From: Ignisphaera sp.
Lineage (GTDB): Archaea > Thermoproteota > Thermoprotei_A > Sulfolobales > Ignisphaeraceae
DNA: 64,000 nucleotides
Assembly (NCBI GenBank): GCA_038821645.1
Contig: JAWBDT010000004.1
Location: forward strand, 32,001-96,000
Direction: 5' to 3'
Positions 1-11,032 of this stretch are shown one piece after another (the first letter of the stretch is position 1; each line of letters opens with the position of its first letter). The notes below the pieces were generated by a model. That model was given only the letters and a program-made list of their open reading frames with translations. It was not told where the DNA came from and ran no database searches. A program made the position numbers and the translations under genes.

Positions 1-442
1 CTCTATTGTGCTCTAATGCGAGTCTATATAGAACATTGGCAAGGACTTGAGCATCATTATAGTTGCCCTCTATTCCAAATGTTTTTGCCAGCATCTTGTA
101 GTTAGCTATGGTGCCATTAACCGCTAGAGCAAATCTATAGTCTCCATTGCCTATAACTATAGGTTGGGGAACACTATCCATGTATCCTCCGGAGGTTGAA
201 TATCTCGTGTGGGCAATAGCTCCAAAAACATCTCTGTGACTCATATCAACAGTAAGTCCATTTAGTAGAGCTTCGATAACTGTTCCTCTACCACTACGAA
301 CCTCTATATAACCATCTAGTGATACTGTAGCTAGTCCCGCGGATTCTTGACCTCTATGTTGAAGCTCTATCAATATAGATAGAACTATTGATGTTGCTAA
401 ACTTGTTGGTTTACTTGATGCATAACCAGCTATACCGCACAT
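1..442 (-). CDS. purF: Amidophosphoribosyltransferase, N-terminal part (runs off the window)
   Basis: Manual translation from ATG at 442 gives MCGIAG...LQHRGQESAG...IAHTRYST...FNGTIAN, the Ntn glutaminase motifs of PurF; lies directly downstream of purL. Confidence 0.95.
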   Translation of the reverse strand, partial: MCGIAGYASSKPTSLATSIVLSILIELQHRGQESAGLATVSLDGYIEVRSGRGTVIEALLNGLTVDMSHRDVFGAIAHTRYSTSGGYMDSVPQPIVIGNGDYRFALAVNGTIANYKMLAKTFGIEGNYNDAQVLANVLYRLALEHNR

Positions 443-447
443 ATGTA

Positions 448-2631
448 TCACTCAAGTTCTTTATCAAGAGTCTCTTCATAGATATTCTTAAGAAAATCAA
501 GCTCAAAGATGGAGACTTCTTTATCACCATTTCTGATGATGCATGTTGGTTTATCGGATGTATATCCAACAACACTTGTATAGACGTTGTACTCATTAGC
601 GAGACTTAGAAATGTCTCTAGCTTATCTCTATCTACCTCCACTACATATCTAGCCTGTGTTTCTGAGAATAATATTTCGTCAAGTCTGTAGCAACCTCTG
701 CACAAAACCTTGGATACATCTATATTGAATCCTGTACTACCCGCTATGGCCATCTCTATTACTGTTGTTATAAGCCCTCCCAACCCTATATCGTGTACAG
801 CATTAACAAGAGATCTCTTTATCGCTGCTAATATGAACTCAGCATTCCTAATCTCTAGCACAGGTCTCGGTCTAGGTATTTCGCCTATCTCTAGTCCATG
901 AACTCTATAGAGATACTCTGTACCCCCAAGTTCAGGATAGGTAATACCAACAACTACTATCACAGAGTCACTAGACTTGAAATCAAATGTTTTTGTAGCT
1001 GTTACATCATCTATCCTTCCAACACCAACTATAGTAGATGTAGGCTTTATTTGTCTCCCATACATATCTTCGTTATAGAAACTGACTTTACCACCTACAA
1101 TAGGTAACGCTAGTTCTTCTGTAATCCATGCTATTCCTTTCAACATTTCCTCGAAATACCAGAAATGCTCTGGCTTCTCAGGATTTCCAGCATTAAGTTC
1201 ATCAACTATCGCTATAGGTTTCGAACCTACAGCAACAAGATTCCTAAAACACTCAGCTACACTATTGGCAGAACCATTGAATGGGTCTAAGAATGTGTAT
1301 CTAGGATTGGCATCACCCTTTATAGCGAGTCCTCTTCTACTACCATCCAAGAGCCTTAGGACAGCAGCATCACCCCATCCAGGCTTTATAACTGTTCTAG
1401 CACCAACTTCATAATCATATTGTTCATATATCCACTTCTTAGATGCTATATTAGGTGAAGATAGTACAGCTATAATGGCTTTCTCTATAGATTCTATCTG
1501 CGGTACATCTACTATAGGGGTAAACCCCTTTAATGCTTCTGTAGGAGGTTTAGAGGATCTTCTAATTGCTCTAGGTCTCGCAAGCTCTTTTGCAGGAACA
1601 TCTGCTACAAGTCTTCCCTTGAAGTATACCCTTATTCTACCACTTTCATTGAAACGTCCTATCAAGCTAAACGTGACATCGTAATTCTCGAGTACTTCCA
1701 CAACCTTAGGAAGATTATCAGGATCTACAGCAAGTAGCATACGTTCTTGGCTTTCTGATACCAGAAGCTCTAGAGGTGTCAGTTCTTGTCTTGTATGAAG
1801 TTTATCTAAATGTATTTCAGCACCAAGATTGTAATCAGCAGCAGTTTCGCTTACAGCTGTCGTTAGACCTCCTCCACCAAGATCTTTTATATAGTTAACA
1901 AGCTTTCTGTCAACTAAGATCTGGATAACATCTATAAGTAGCTTCTCCATCAATGGATCTCCTACCTGGACAGCGCTGATCTCGTCTTCACCACTTAATG
2001 GTTTAGAAGCAAAACTACTACCGAGTAAACCATCTCTACCGGTAGCATTACCTATTATGACTATATAGTCGTTAGCTCTAGGGCCTCTAAGAACTAGTCT
2101 ATCTATCGGAGCTATACCCACACATACAACATTTACTAGAGGCTGTATATTGAATGCATAATCAAACCATGTATCACCAGCAACTGTCGGTACACCTATT
2201 CTATTGCCGTAATCACTTATACCCTTAACTATACCCCTTATCAACCAATTAGCATGAGGATCCTTGGGATCACCCATGTAGAGAAGATCTAGAAGTGCTA
2301 TTGGTTTAGCACCTAGAGTAAGAATATCTCTAACTATACCTCCTATACCTGTTGCTGCACCATCGTAAGGATCTATAGCTGAGGGATGGTTATGGCTCTC
2401 GATCTTAAAAACAACAGCTATACCGGGAAAAAGTTCTACAGCAGGAGCATCTTTACCGGGACCTACTATAACGTGTTTTCCTGTAGTAGGCAGAAGTTTT
2501 AGAAGAAGTCTGCTACTCTTATAAGAACAGTGTTCACTCCATTGTGCTTCAAACATAGCTAATTCTTCTACTGTTGGTTCTCTGCCAAGTATATTTCTTA
2601 TCTCCTCTATCTCGCTATCTGTTAAAGGCAT
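448..2631 (-). CDS. purL: Phosphoribosylformylglycinamidine synthase subunit PurL
   Basis: WSEHCSYKSS, ESHNHPS, DLGGGGL and SESQERM motifs. Confidence 0.97.
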   Translation of the reverse strand: MPLTDSEIEEIRNILGREPTVEELAMFEAQWSEHCSYKSSRLLLKLLPTTGKHVIVGPGKDAPAVELFPGIAVVFKIESHNHPSAIDPYDGAATGIGGIVRDILTLGAKPIALLDLLYMGDPKDPHANWLIRGIVKGISDYGNRIGVPTVAGDTWFDYAFNIQPLVNVVCVGIAPIDRLVLRGPRANDYIVIIGNATGRDGLLGSSFASKPLSGEDEISAVQVGDPLMEKLLIDVIQILVDRKLVNYIKDLGGGGLTTAVSETAADYNLGAEIHLDKLHTRQELTPLELLVSESQERMLLAVDPDNLPKVVEVLENYDVTFSLIGRFNESGRIRVYFKGRLVADVPAKELARPRAIRRSSKPPTEALKGFTPIVDVPQIESIEKAIIAVLSSPNIASKKWIYEQYDYEVGARTVIKPGWGDAAVLRLLDGSRRGLAIKGDANPRYTFLDPFNGSANSVAECFRNLVAVGSKPIAIVDELNAGNPEKPEHFWYFEEMLKGIAWITEELALPIVGGKVSFYNEDMYGRQIKPTSTIVGVGRIDDVTATKTFDFKSSDSVIVVVGITYPELGGTEYLYRVHGLEIGEIPRPRPVLEIRNAEFILAAIKRSLVNAVHDIGLGGLITTVIEMAIAGSTGFNIDVSKVLCRGCYRLDEILFSETQARYVVEVDRDKLETFLSLANEYNVYTSVVGYTSDKPTCIIRNGDKEVSIFELDFLKNIYEETLDKELE

Positions 2632-2632
2632 A

Positions 2633-3322
2633 TCACCACCCCTTCTTTAGCGAATAAGCAAGACTATCAAATATGATTCTACCCCCTGGAGAAAATCCTC
2701 TTGGAACAAGTTCTAGTTCTGATGCTCTTTCCGGATGAGGCATTAATCCTAGAACTAATCCTTTTTCATCAGCTATACCAGCAATGTCATATAGACTACC
2801 ATTGGGATTCCAGTCTTGTGCATACCTAATTATTGGCAAGGCATTGATAACTCTTCTATAACTCTCTTCATCTATGTAGTATCTACCTTCTGCATGAGCT
2901 ATAGGCATATCGAGCATCATATGGTCTCTAGTAAGTGAGAGCCAAGGTCCTTTAGGGTTCTCTACAACAAGTCTAACCCATCGACATATGAACTTACCAC
3001 TAGAATTCAGTATAAGTGCTCCAGGTAGTATACCTGCTTCAACTAGTATCTGAAAACCATTACATATACCTAGAACAGGAACATCTCTAGAAATATCTTC
3101 TGCTATTCTCTCCATAACAACATTTCTAGCAGCTATAGCACCTGCCCTAAGCCAATCACCATAGCTAAAGCCTCCTGGAATTACAACAGCATCATATCTA
3201 TTTGTTGTGTATTCCTTATACCATACTATCTCTGAATCAAGACCGACAATATTTTTCAATACGTGATGAACATCCTCATCACAATTAGTTCCAGGAAACT
3301 TTATTACAGCTACTTTAACCAC
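2633..3322 (-). CDS. purQ: FGAM synthase glutaminase subunit PurQ
   Basis: FPGTNCD, PGGFSYGD, GICNGFQ, MPHPER motifs. Confidence 0.97.
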   Translation of the reverse strand: MVKVAVIKFPGTNCDEDVHHVLKNIVGLDSEIVWYKEYTTNRYDAVVIPGGFSYGDWLRAGAIAARNVVMERIAEDISRDVPVLGICNGFQILVEAGILPGALILNSSGKFICRWVRLVVENPKGPWLSLTRDHMMLDMPIAHAEGRYYIDEESYRRVINALPIIRYAQDWNPNGSLYDIAGIADEKGLVLGLMPHPERASELELVPRGFSPGGRIIFDSLAYSLKKGW

Positions 3323-3569
3323 GAAGCCTAACCTCTATATCATGTACAACTGGATTATAGATCCTAAGTTTTTCACATATCTCTTTAGCAATCTCTAAAG
3401 CTTTCTCAGGGGTTTCAGACTCTACTGTAAGTAACAAATATTTTCCAGCTCTAACGTTTTTAACAGAATTAAAGCCTTTCCTTAAAATGAGATGCTTATG
3501 TATTGTTTCTCCTTCAGGATCTCTCACAGCCTTCTTGTTAGTTATAATAACTTCAACCATATGTAGCAA
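3315..3569 (-). CDS. purS: FGAM synthase subunit PurS
   Basis: DPEG and NPVV motifs, about 80 aa, between purC and purQ. Confidence 0.93.
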   Translation of the reverse strand: MLHMVEVIITNKKAVRDPEGETIHKHLILRKGFNSVKNVRAGKYLLLTVESETPEKALEIAKEICEKLRIYNPVVHDIEVRLRG

Positions 3570-4281
3570 GATTCTTCATCTCAATACCGAGTCTAGTGCA
3601 TAACCCTCTATACGCTTTTATCAACAGTTCCACGTCTTTAGTCTTTCGGAAAATCTCTTTATCTAGATGGTTCCCATTTTCATCAAGAACCCTAAATGTA
3701 TCTCCAGATATTTCGTCAGCTAACAGGATATCGCCATTATTATCTTTACCAAACTCAAACTTTATATCCACTAGTACAAGGTTTCTGGATGTAAATAACT
3801 CTTTAAGTATATCATTAGCTTTAAGCGATATCTCTATAACAGTTTCTAGTTCGTTTTTCTTAAGCAGATCAGTATATATAATATCTTCGGGGAGTATGAG
3901 AGGATCGTGAAGAGAATCATCCTTAAAGTGGAACTCTAGTAAAGGAGGATCAAGCTTTTGCAGAGGTTTGTAGAGAGGAACACGCTTTAATAGTGATCCA
4001 TAGGCATAATTTCTCACAATAACTTCTACAGGAATTATCTCAAGCTTCTTTGCAGTAATAGATCTATATCCATCATACTCTATGAAATGTGTCTTTATGC
4101 CACGAGATTCTAGATAGTTAAACAAATAAGCAGATACAGCAGCACTCATGACACCTTTATCTTTAGCTACAGCTTTTACAGCACCATCCATAGCGGTTAC
4201 ATCATCCTTGAATTCAATTACTACTGTATAATTGTCTTTTACATAAACACGTTTACTTTTACCTTCATAAACTAGCTTCAT
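3553..4281 (-). CDS. purC: SAICAR synthetase
   Basis: YEGKSK, VEVIVRN, DIKFEFG, LADEIS, DKE motifs. Confidence 0.96.
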   Translation of the reverse strand: MKLVYEGKSKRVYVKDNYTVVIEFKDDVTAMDGAVKAVAKDKGVMSAAVSAYLFNYLESRGIKTHFIEYDGYRSITAKKLEIIPVEVIVRNYAYGSLLKRVPLYKPLQKLDPPLLEFHFKDDSLHDPLILPEDIIYTDLLKKNELETVIEISLKANDILKELFTSRNLVLVDIKFEFGKDNNGDILLADEISGDTFRVLDENGNHLDKEIFRKTKDVELLIKAYRGLCTRLGIEMKNLATYG

Positions 4282-4729
4282 AACGCCTCGGTTTAGCTAA
4301 TTCGCATAACTAATATATAAACTCTTCTATACACAGTCATGTAGATTTATACATATGCTATATAAAAAACTCTAAAATATACATGATTGTAATAATAATA
4401 AAACTTAGCTAAGCTTTGTACGTATTTCCTAACCTAGAGAAATAAATATATGAACTAATCTATGTAATGTGTATACTGTTTAACACAAAAACTATAAACT
4501 AAGGAAGCTATAGGATTTAGAGTTAAATTAAACTATATTGATTAAGAGATAAAATAATTGAAGAATTGATTGAATATTATTCTTGTGTAGCAATATCATA
4601 CACTCAAGTAGCTATTGATCTACTGATCTTGAGAAGCAATTGCAGGCTTTATTTCGTTTAGCAGTCGCTCTAAATAGGTAGAGAAATATCTCATATATTA
4701 AATGAATTGATGAATGAGGTGCAGTAAAT

Positions 4730-5218
4730 ATGAAGTATACAACTAGAGCTGTATCCCCAATAGTTGCAACAGTAATACTTGTAATCATAACCACAGCTGC
4801 AGCACTTCTTTTATGGTCTTGGATCTCGGGTGTAATATCACCACCAACATCTTCTGTTACAAATATGGATAGACTTAGAATAACAGGAATAAAACTCGAA
4901 GCTATTAACGGAGCTAAGTTGATAGTTTATGTACATAATATGGGGAATGCACCTGCAGAAGTGCTTCAATTATCTATATTTGATGTAAATGGAAATCTAG
5001 TCGATACAACTACAAACATAGTTGTATGTAGCTCTAATGATAATGTTTGTAAGGACATGAATAGAGTGGTTGCACCTAATAGTATAGCTAGAATAGAATG
5101 GAGTATGGGTAATGTCTCAAATAGAGGATATATGTATGGATATATATACTTCGTTAGTATTGTGACTGCATCAGGATTTGAGACTAGAAGCTCATTTGTA
5201 TGGAGTATACAGACATGA
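4730..5218 (+). CDS. Archaeal type IV pilin-like protein
   Basis: Class III signal peptide MKYTTRA|VSPIVATVILVIIT followed by a hydrophobic helix and a beta-rich domain (VHNMGN). Confidence 0.85.
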   Translation: MKYTTRAVSPIVATVILVIITTAAALLLWSWISGVISPPTSSVTNMDRLRITGIKLEAINGAKLIVYVHNMGNAPAEVLQLSIFDVNGNLVDTTTNIVVCSSNDNVCKDMNRVVAPNSIARIEWSMGNVSNRGYMYGYIYFVSIVTASGFETRSSFVWSIQT

Positions 5219-5274
5219 GATATTCACAAAATTTTTCTATAGAATGATTAATATTGTAAACTTTTTAATTATCT

Positions 5275-6840
5275 TTGATATATTCTGTTGATGGGGAAGT
5301 CAATGTGTCAGAGTTTGGTAAGAGTATTGCGGAATACAGTATCGGTTATGGTGATAACGTAATTGTATCAATTGTAGAGCTTAGCGATGGTAAACTTCTG
5401 TACATAGTTAAAGAGCCTTTACTTGATGATGTAGGTAAGAAGTTTAGGGAAAGAGTGTATAGGTTCATAACAAATGATGTAGAGATCATTAAGAAGATTT
5501 CATCGTTTACGTCTTTTGATGAGGGCTACGATTTTGTTAAAGATCTTGTTCAGAAGCTTTGTAAAAAGTTTATTGGTAAATGTAGTGATAGTGTTATTTC
5601 TTCAATTGTATATTATGTTTTGAGAGACTTCATAGGTTATGGAGAGGTAGACCCACTTATTAGGGATCCCAATATAGAGGATGTAACATGTGATGGCCAC
5701 GATAGACCTATATATGTTTTTCACAATAAATATGAATGGTTAGAAACAAATAAGGTATTATCGAGAGAAGAACTTGAGAAAGTTATTAGAAGATTGACAT
5801 ATAGAGCTGGAAAAGAAGCTAGTGTAGCACAACCAATTGTTGAAGGTATTCTTAATCCAGAGGGATACAGAATACATGTAGTTCTCGATGTAGTTTCTAT
5901 GAGTGGGCATAGTTTTACCATTAGGAAATTTAGGGAAACACCTTACACAATTCTTGAGCTTATAAATAATGGAACATTATCACCTGGGGTAGCAGCATTA
6001 TTGTGGATTGCTGCTGAAAATAAACAGGGAATGATATTTTATGGGCCTACGGGTTCCGGTAAGACAACACTTATGAATGCTGTTGCAATGCTTTTACCTC
6101 CAGAACTAAAAATAGTTACAGCTGAAGATACCCCTGAGATAAGACTTCCATTCCATGATAACTGGGTATCTATGGTAACTAGACTTAGTAGTGATGCATA
6201 TGTTCAGAGTGTTACTCTTCAGGCTCAAGTAGAATCAGCTATGAGGCAGAGACCAGATATTCTCATTCTTGGAGAGATAAGGTCTAGAGAAGCATATAGC
6301 TTTTTCCAAGCTGTTTCAACAGGTCATGGCGGACTCACAACAATTCATGCAGAAAACGTTGAATCTCTGGTAAGAAGGCTTGTAGCACCACCTATGAGTG
6401 TACCTAAAGCTCTTGTAGCATCTACGAAACTGTTTATACAGATCCAGAGATTTGTTCTACACAAAAATGTTGTCCGAAAAGTTACGTATGTACATGAAGT
6501 TGAGGATTACAATCCATCGACGGATACCATTACCGTAAAGTCTGTAGCTGTATGGGATAGGTATAATGATAAATGGAGAATAGACAGCAAGAACAGTAAA
6601 ACACTAGATTCTATAGCTAATTTACAGGTTTTGAGATACGAAGACGTTGTAGAAGATTTAATTAGAAGAGCTACGGTGTTAGAGTATGCAGCTAAACTGA
6701 ATCTCGACATAGTATCTCTACATACACTTGTTAGAAAGTATAGAAGAGCACCTGAAGATGTTTATAGAGAAGCAGTAGATATGTTGGGAACATCTCATAA
6801 GATTATAGAGCTAGAGAATGTTGAAAAAAGATATGTCTAG
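5275..6840 (+). CDS. Type II/IV secretion ATPase (FlaI/VirB11/CpaF family)
   Basis: Walker A GPTGSGKTT, EDTPE Asp box, RQRPD, GEIR, TGHG His box; start may be GTG at 5305. Confidence 0.92.
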   Translation: MIYSVDGEVNVSEFGKSIAEYSIGYGDNVIVSIVELSDGKLLYIVKEPLLDDVGKKFRERVYRFITNDVEIIKKISSFTSFDEGYDFVKDLVQKLCKKFIGKCSDSVISSIVYYVLRDFIGYGEVDPLIRDPNIEDVTCDGHDRPIYVFHNKYEWLETNKVLSREELEKVIRRLTYRAGKEASVAQPIVEGILNPEGYRIHVVLDVVSMSGHSFTIRKFRETPYTILELINNGTLSPGVAALLWIAAENKQGMIFYGPTGSGKTTLMNAVAMLLPPELKIVTAEDTPEIRLPFHDNWVSMVTRLSSDAYVQSVTLQAQVESAMRQRPDILILGEIRSREAYSFFQAVSTGHGGLTTIHAENVESLVRRLVAPPMSVPKALVASTKLFIQIQRFVLHKNVVRKVTYVHEVEDYNPSTDTITVKSVAVWDRYNDKWRIDSKNSKTLDSIANLQVLRYEDVVEDLIRRATVLEYAAKLNLDIVSLHTLVRKYRRAPEDVYREAVDMLGTSHKIIELENVEKRYV

Positions 6841-6913
6841 ACGAAATGATGTTTATTGTCATACACATAAAGCTAATATAGATCTTAGTTATACATATTC
6901 TAACGGTGTCTCC

Positions 6914-7876
6914 ATGGAATACACAACACTTGGTAAAACGAGTGAAAAAATCTCGCGTATAGGTCTAGGTGCATGGCAATTTAGTGAAGCTTGGGGTGTT
7001 ACAGAATATAATAGCGCTAAAGCTGTTATAGCTAAAGCAATAGAACTTGGTATAAATTTCTTCGATACTGCTATGGTCTATGGCCAAGGTTTAAGCGAGA
7101 GTATCTTAGGTAGAGCATTAAGAGAGTTAGGAGTTAAAAGAGATGAAGTAGTAATAACTACAAAAATACCTGGTGAGTATCTGAGTCCTACAGATATACT
7201 TAAATCTGTCGATAAATCATTGAAGAACCTAGGTTTTGAGTACATAGATGGGCTACTAGTTCATTGGCCTCCATGCTGGATCAATGTTCCAACAAGAGTA
7301 TATGCAAGAGCTCTAGAAAAACTCATTGATCTTGGGAAAATCAGGTATCTAGGCTTAAGCAACTTTCCTATAGAACTTGTTGAAAGCTTTAGAGATAATT
7401 TATCCAAATACGATATACATATATTTCAAGTAAGGTACAATATAGTTGAGAGATGGGCTGAAGAAGAGATAATACCTTATGCTGAAAAGAACAGTATAAC
7501 AATTCAAGCTTGGAGCCCTATAGCTAAAGGAGCTTTAACAGGAAAATATACACCAGAAAATTTGCCCAGCTTTAAAGATGTGAGATCTAGAGAAGCTATA
7601 TTTCATCCAAGAAATTTTGAAAAAGTATGGAAAGTAGTTCAGATACTGAGAGAGATAGGCCAACGATACGGTAAAACACCTGTTCAAGTAGCATTGAATT
7701 GGTTAATTACATCAAGTAGTGTAGTGGTACCTATACCTGGTGCAAAAGATCCTCAACAAGTGGTAGATCTTGTTGGCTCGATTGGATGGAGGATGAGATA
7801 CGATGATTGGTTAAAAATAAAGCTAGCTAGTGAAGCAATTGATATAGAGTATTCTGTATTTTATCAAGAATATTGA
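6914..7876 (+). CDS. Aldo/keto reductase
   Basis: IGLGAW, FDTAMVYG, LVHWP, WSPIAKG, PIPGAK motifs; ATG at 6914 with GGTG upstream preferred over 6818. Confidence 0.93.
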   Translation: MEYTTLGKTSEKISRIGLGAWQFSEAWGVTEYNSAKAVIAKAIELGINFFDTAMVYGQGLSESILGRALRELGVKRDEVVITTKIPGEYLSPTDILKSVDKSLKNLGFEYIDGLLVHWPPCWINVPTRVYARALEKLIDLGKIRYLGLSNFPIELVESFRDNLSKYDIHIFQVRYNIVERWAEEEIIPYAEKNSITIQAWSPIAKGALTGKYTPENLPSFKDVRSREAIFHPRNFEKVWKVVQILREIGQRYGKTPVQVALNWLITSSSVVVPIPGAKDPQQVVDLVGSIGWRMRYDDWLKIKLASEAIDIEYSVFYQEY

Positions 7877-8189
7877 ACACTCGTGAATAACACAATATAT
7901 ACTAAAGCATTGCATCAAAATATATACCTAATATCTGACTACTTGATGCATCATAACACACACCATTATCTATATCTATAATTGTCAATTCATGTTATAC
8001 TAGAACTGATACAACAGCTCTAGTTAATTCATAGATATACCTATACATTGAATAGTAATGTTGGTTGTCTTATGCCGATCATCTACACATTTTATTGATC
8101 TAGTTATTGGAGTAGATAAAGTTCTAAACTTAGTACAATATTCTTATTATGTTTGAAGCATCTACAGTAATATGCCTTAGGGATAGATA

Positions 8190-8792
8190 ATGGACACATC
8201 TTACGTGAAGAATTATCTAGATAGCTTGGAGAGTGCAAGAGAGTCTTTAATAAAGAAGGGGAGAGATATATTGAATTTGTGTAGATCCATAATCTCGGGT
8301 GTAGTTCTTGGAAAAAATGTTGAAGAAGATTTGTATAAAGTTTCTAAACTATTTAATGAAGTTTATGAACAGATAAAGAGCTATCCAGAGCTTGTATATT
8401 CAAATATTTTCTACTCTATAGCAGCTGAATATGTAGAAGCTATTCAGCTGTATAGTATAGTTACTCAAACAAGGTTCTTGTCGATAGAAGAACTTAATGT
8501 ACATCCCATTCCCTATCTCTTAGGATTAGCTGATACCATAGGCGAACTTAAAAGATGTTCTTTAGAAAGCGTAAGAAAAAACAAATTTGATGAAGCATTC
8601 AAGCTCTTGGAACTTGCTGAAGAACTCTACAATAGGTTATCGATATTCAGTTATCCTGATGCACTTCTGCCTGGATTTAGGAGAAAGCTTGATGTCTATA
8701 GAAGAGTTATTGATGATTGGAAGAAATTCTTGATAGATATGGTCTCTAGAAAAAACCTTATAGATGTGCTAAAAGTTTGTTACCGAGATTAA
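8190..8792 (+). CDS. Translin/TRAX family protein
   Basis: EYVEA and YLLGLADTIGELKR motifs, FRRKLD near the C-terminus. Confidence 0.85.
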   Translation: MDTSYVKNYLDSLESARESLIKKGRDILNLCRSIISGVVLGKNVEEDLYKVSKLFNEVYEQIKSYPELVYSNIFYSIAAEYVEAIQLYSIVTQTRFLSIEELNVHPIPYLLGLADTIGELKRCSLESVRKNKFDEAFKLLELAEELYNRLSIFSYPDALLPGFRRKLDVYRRVIDDWKKFLIDMVSRKNLIDVLKVCYRD

Positions 8793-8828
8793 GGTTAGAA
8801 GCTAGTTGAATTATTTGAGTGATGTAAA

Positions 8829-9557
8829 ATGCTACTGGCTGTAAGTTTTGATGTATGGAATACTTTACTAAATATAGAGGCTGTCTATAGAAAGTTAGCA
8901 GAAATTGTAGCAGAGATTATTAGTAAAGATCTGTTAACCATAGAGAGAATAATCTACGATACATACATAAAAGTAAAGAAATATAGACTTAACAATAATA
9001 CAATAGAGGTACATAAATTTGTTATCTCATCAAGAAATCTACTTGCTAAAGCATTAGGTATAGATTATGACCAGTTGGTTGAGGCTATAGATTTAACATT
9101 CTCTTCTATAATTGAGACTCCATACATGTCTTCAGAAGTTGCTAAGATTTTATATAACGATGTTATGCCCACACTAAATTCGCTTAAAGCGATAGATATT
9201 ACGATGGGTGTTATAGGAAATAACGTATTTTGGGAAAGCATGTATACAAGAAGAGTACTTAGAGTGCTAGGGTTAGACAAATACTTTAAGACTCAAGTGT
9301 ATTCTGATGAAGTTGGTATATTTAAACCTGATAGAAGGATATTTCTTGAATTCTGTAGAAGGATTGGTATAGATGTGTCTAAGGTTATCCATGTAGGTGA
9401 TAGTGTAGCTGAAGACGTTGGAGGAGCATTATCTGCAGGTATGAAGGCTATGCATATAGATAGATCTAGAAAAGAGAAAAACGTGGTTATTGAGCTAGGT
9501 TTATTCTTAGCCAATAGTTTAGAAAATGTTATGGAAGCTCTACAGAGGCTAGGGTGA
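8829..9557 (+). CDS. HAD-superfamily hydrolase
   Basis: FDVWNTL, KPD, HVGDSVAEDVGGA motifs. Confidence 0.9.
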   Translation: MLLAVSFDVWNTLLNIEAVYRKLAEIVAEIISKDLLTIERIIYDTYIKVKKYRLNNNTIEVHKFVISSRNLLAKALGIDYDQLVEAIDLTFSSIIETPYMSSEVAKILYNDVMPTLNSLKAIDITMGVIGNNVFWESMYTRRVLRVLGLDKYFKTQVYSDEVGIFKPDRRIFLEFCRRIGIDVSKVIHVGDSVAEDVGGALSAGMKAMHIDRSRKEKNVVIELGLFLANSLENVMEALQRLG

Positions 9558-9562
9558 TGTAG

Positions 9563-10396
9563 GTGAATATAGATAGAATTGAATATAGTGTTATCTCGTG
9601 TGTAAATAAAGCAAAATCTATACTGGTTTTAGAAGAACCATCTGATAGAGTTGTAGGACTCAATCCTTGGGGTGATCTCTCAAAAGAGTTCGATATAAGG
9701 ATAGAAGAAGCACTAGTTTCTTGTCTTAAAGATGAACTCAGAGATATAGTCATAGTTAGTGAAGAAAGAGGTATTCAATCATATGGTGAAAGAAAACTAA
9801 TTGCAATGATAGATCCTATCGATGGTAGTAGGAATTATGAAGCCGATATACCTTGGTCGGCTATATCGATAGCTATAGCTAACGGCAAAAAAGATTCTCC
9901 TAAGCTAGCTGATGTATTTTTTGCATTATTAGCGGAAATATCTAGAAACAGGATCTACATATATAGAGAAGGTATTGTTAAGGCGATAGGTATAGATGTT
10001 AAGAGAAGAACGGATCCAAAGAATATAGTTTTAGGTTATTTCGATTCCTATGAATCTTTTAAAGCTCTAGAACTGTATACAAAGAATTGCGAAGGATTCA
10101 AAGTTTTGAGGATTTTAGGAAGTGCTGCACTAGATATAATTAGTGTAGCATTAGGTAATGCCGAGGTCTTTATTGATGTAAGAGGACGTAAGCTTAGGAA
10201 TATTGATATAGTTGCAGCATTAAGGATAGCTCTAGCTCTAGGAGCTAAAGCATATATACCTGGCTATAGAGATCCACTAGAGCTTCCTCTTGATACTACT
10301 GTTAAGATTGACTGTATAGTGGGTTTCAATGATGCATATCTGAGGAAGGTGTTAAAGGTTCTAGAGAAAATTGGTTTTCTAGAGAAAGCTTCTTAA
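9563..10396 (+). CDS. Inositol monophosphatase / FBPase family protein
   Basis: SEE, IDPIDGS, RILGSAAL, DIVAA motifs. Confidence 0.9.
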   Translation: MNIDRIEYSVISCVNKAKSILVLEEPSDRVVGLNPWGDLSKEFDIRIEEALVSCLKDELRDIVIVSEERGIQSYGERKLIAMIDPIDGSRNYEADIPWSAISIAIANGKKDSPKLADVFFALLAEISRNRIYIYREGIVKAIGIDVKRRTDPKNIVLGYFDSYESFKALELYTKNCEGFKVLRILGSAALDIISVALGNAEVFIDVRGRKLRNIDIVAALRIALALGAKAYIPGYRDPLELPLDTTVKIDCIVGFNDAYLRKVLKVLEKIGFLEKAS

Positions 10397-11027
10397 CTAA
10401 TTTCGTATAGGTTTTTATCTCGATAAGCTTGTTTTCTACAGCTAATCCCGAAGTACCTATAACTGGATCTATGTACATGAGTGCGTAAGCATATTCTATA
10501 TCTATAGGTGTGTATAGCTCTTTATTCTCCTTCTTATCGTAGAGACACACTCTATCCATTAGGCTTTCTGTAACACGTACAGCTAATTTCCTATCCATTT
10601 TCTTAATCTGTTCTGCTTTTATCACATACTTTTTAGTCCTTAAGAAAAATCGAGTAGCTATCTCTATGTCTCTATACTCGGATATGAAATCCAACATACT
10701 GTATAGTTTGCTATAGTCTTTCATAATTATGTCTCTAACGATACTAGTTAAATCAATAATAACGTCTTTACATTCACAAACTATCTTCTTGACGTCTAGT
10801 GGTGCTTGATCTACTATCCTTATCTTCTTAGGCAGTTTTCTTAAGAGAATTAACGATATGTAGGGATCATCTACTCGTGATCGAAAGAAACAGTCAACTA
10901 TGTATAGCTCTTTAGGTCTACATTCTCTAAACCTAATTATCTGGACTGGAATCCATGTGTATGTAGCTCTAGGTGTTAGTTTCTTTACTAAGGTATTCTT
11001 ATCGATGTATAGATAGCGATTCAGCAT
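10326..11027 (-). CDS. Hypothetical protein
   Basis: 233-aa ORF tightly packed downstream of rpiB; no recognisable motif. Confidence 0.6.
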   Translation of the reverse strand: MLNRYLYIDKNTLVKKLTPRATYTWIPVQIIRFRECRPKELYIVDCFFRSRVDDPYISLILLRKLPKKIRIVDQAPLDVKKIVCECKDVIIDLTSIVRDIIMKDYSKLYSMLDFISEYRDIEIATRFFLRTKKYVIKAEQIKKMDRKLAVRVTESLMDRVCLYDKKENKELYTPIDIEYAYALMYIDPVIGTSGLAVENKLIEIKTYTKLVKKLSLENQFSLEPLTPSSDMHH

Positions 11028-11032
11028 ATCTT

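Noticed and set aside
388-1684. Short plus-strand ORFs over purL, and similar antisense ORFs across the window
   Set aside because: Shadow ORFs opposite well-supported genes; no motifs or RBS
7911-7950. Inverted repeat TGCATCAA/TTGATGCA after the aldo/keto reductase
   Set aside because: 8 bp with a 24-nt loop in AT-rich DNA; compatible with chance
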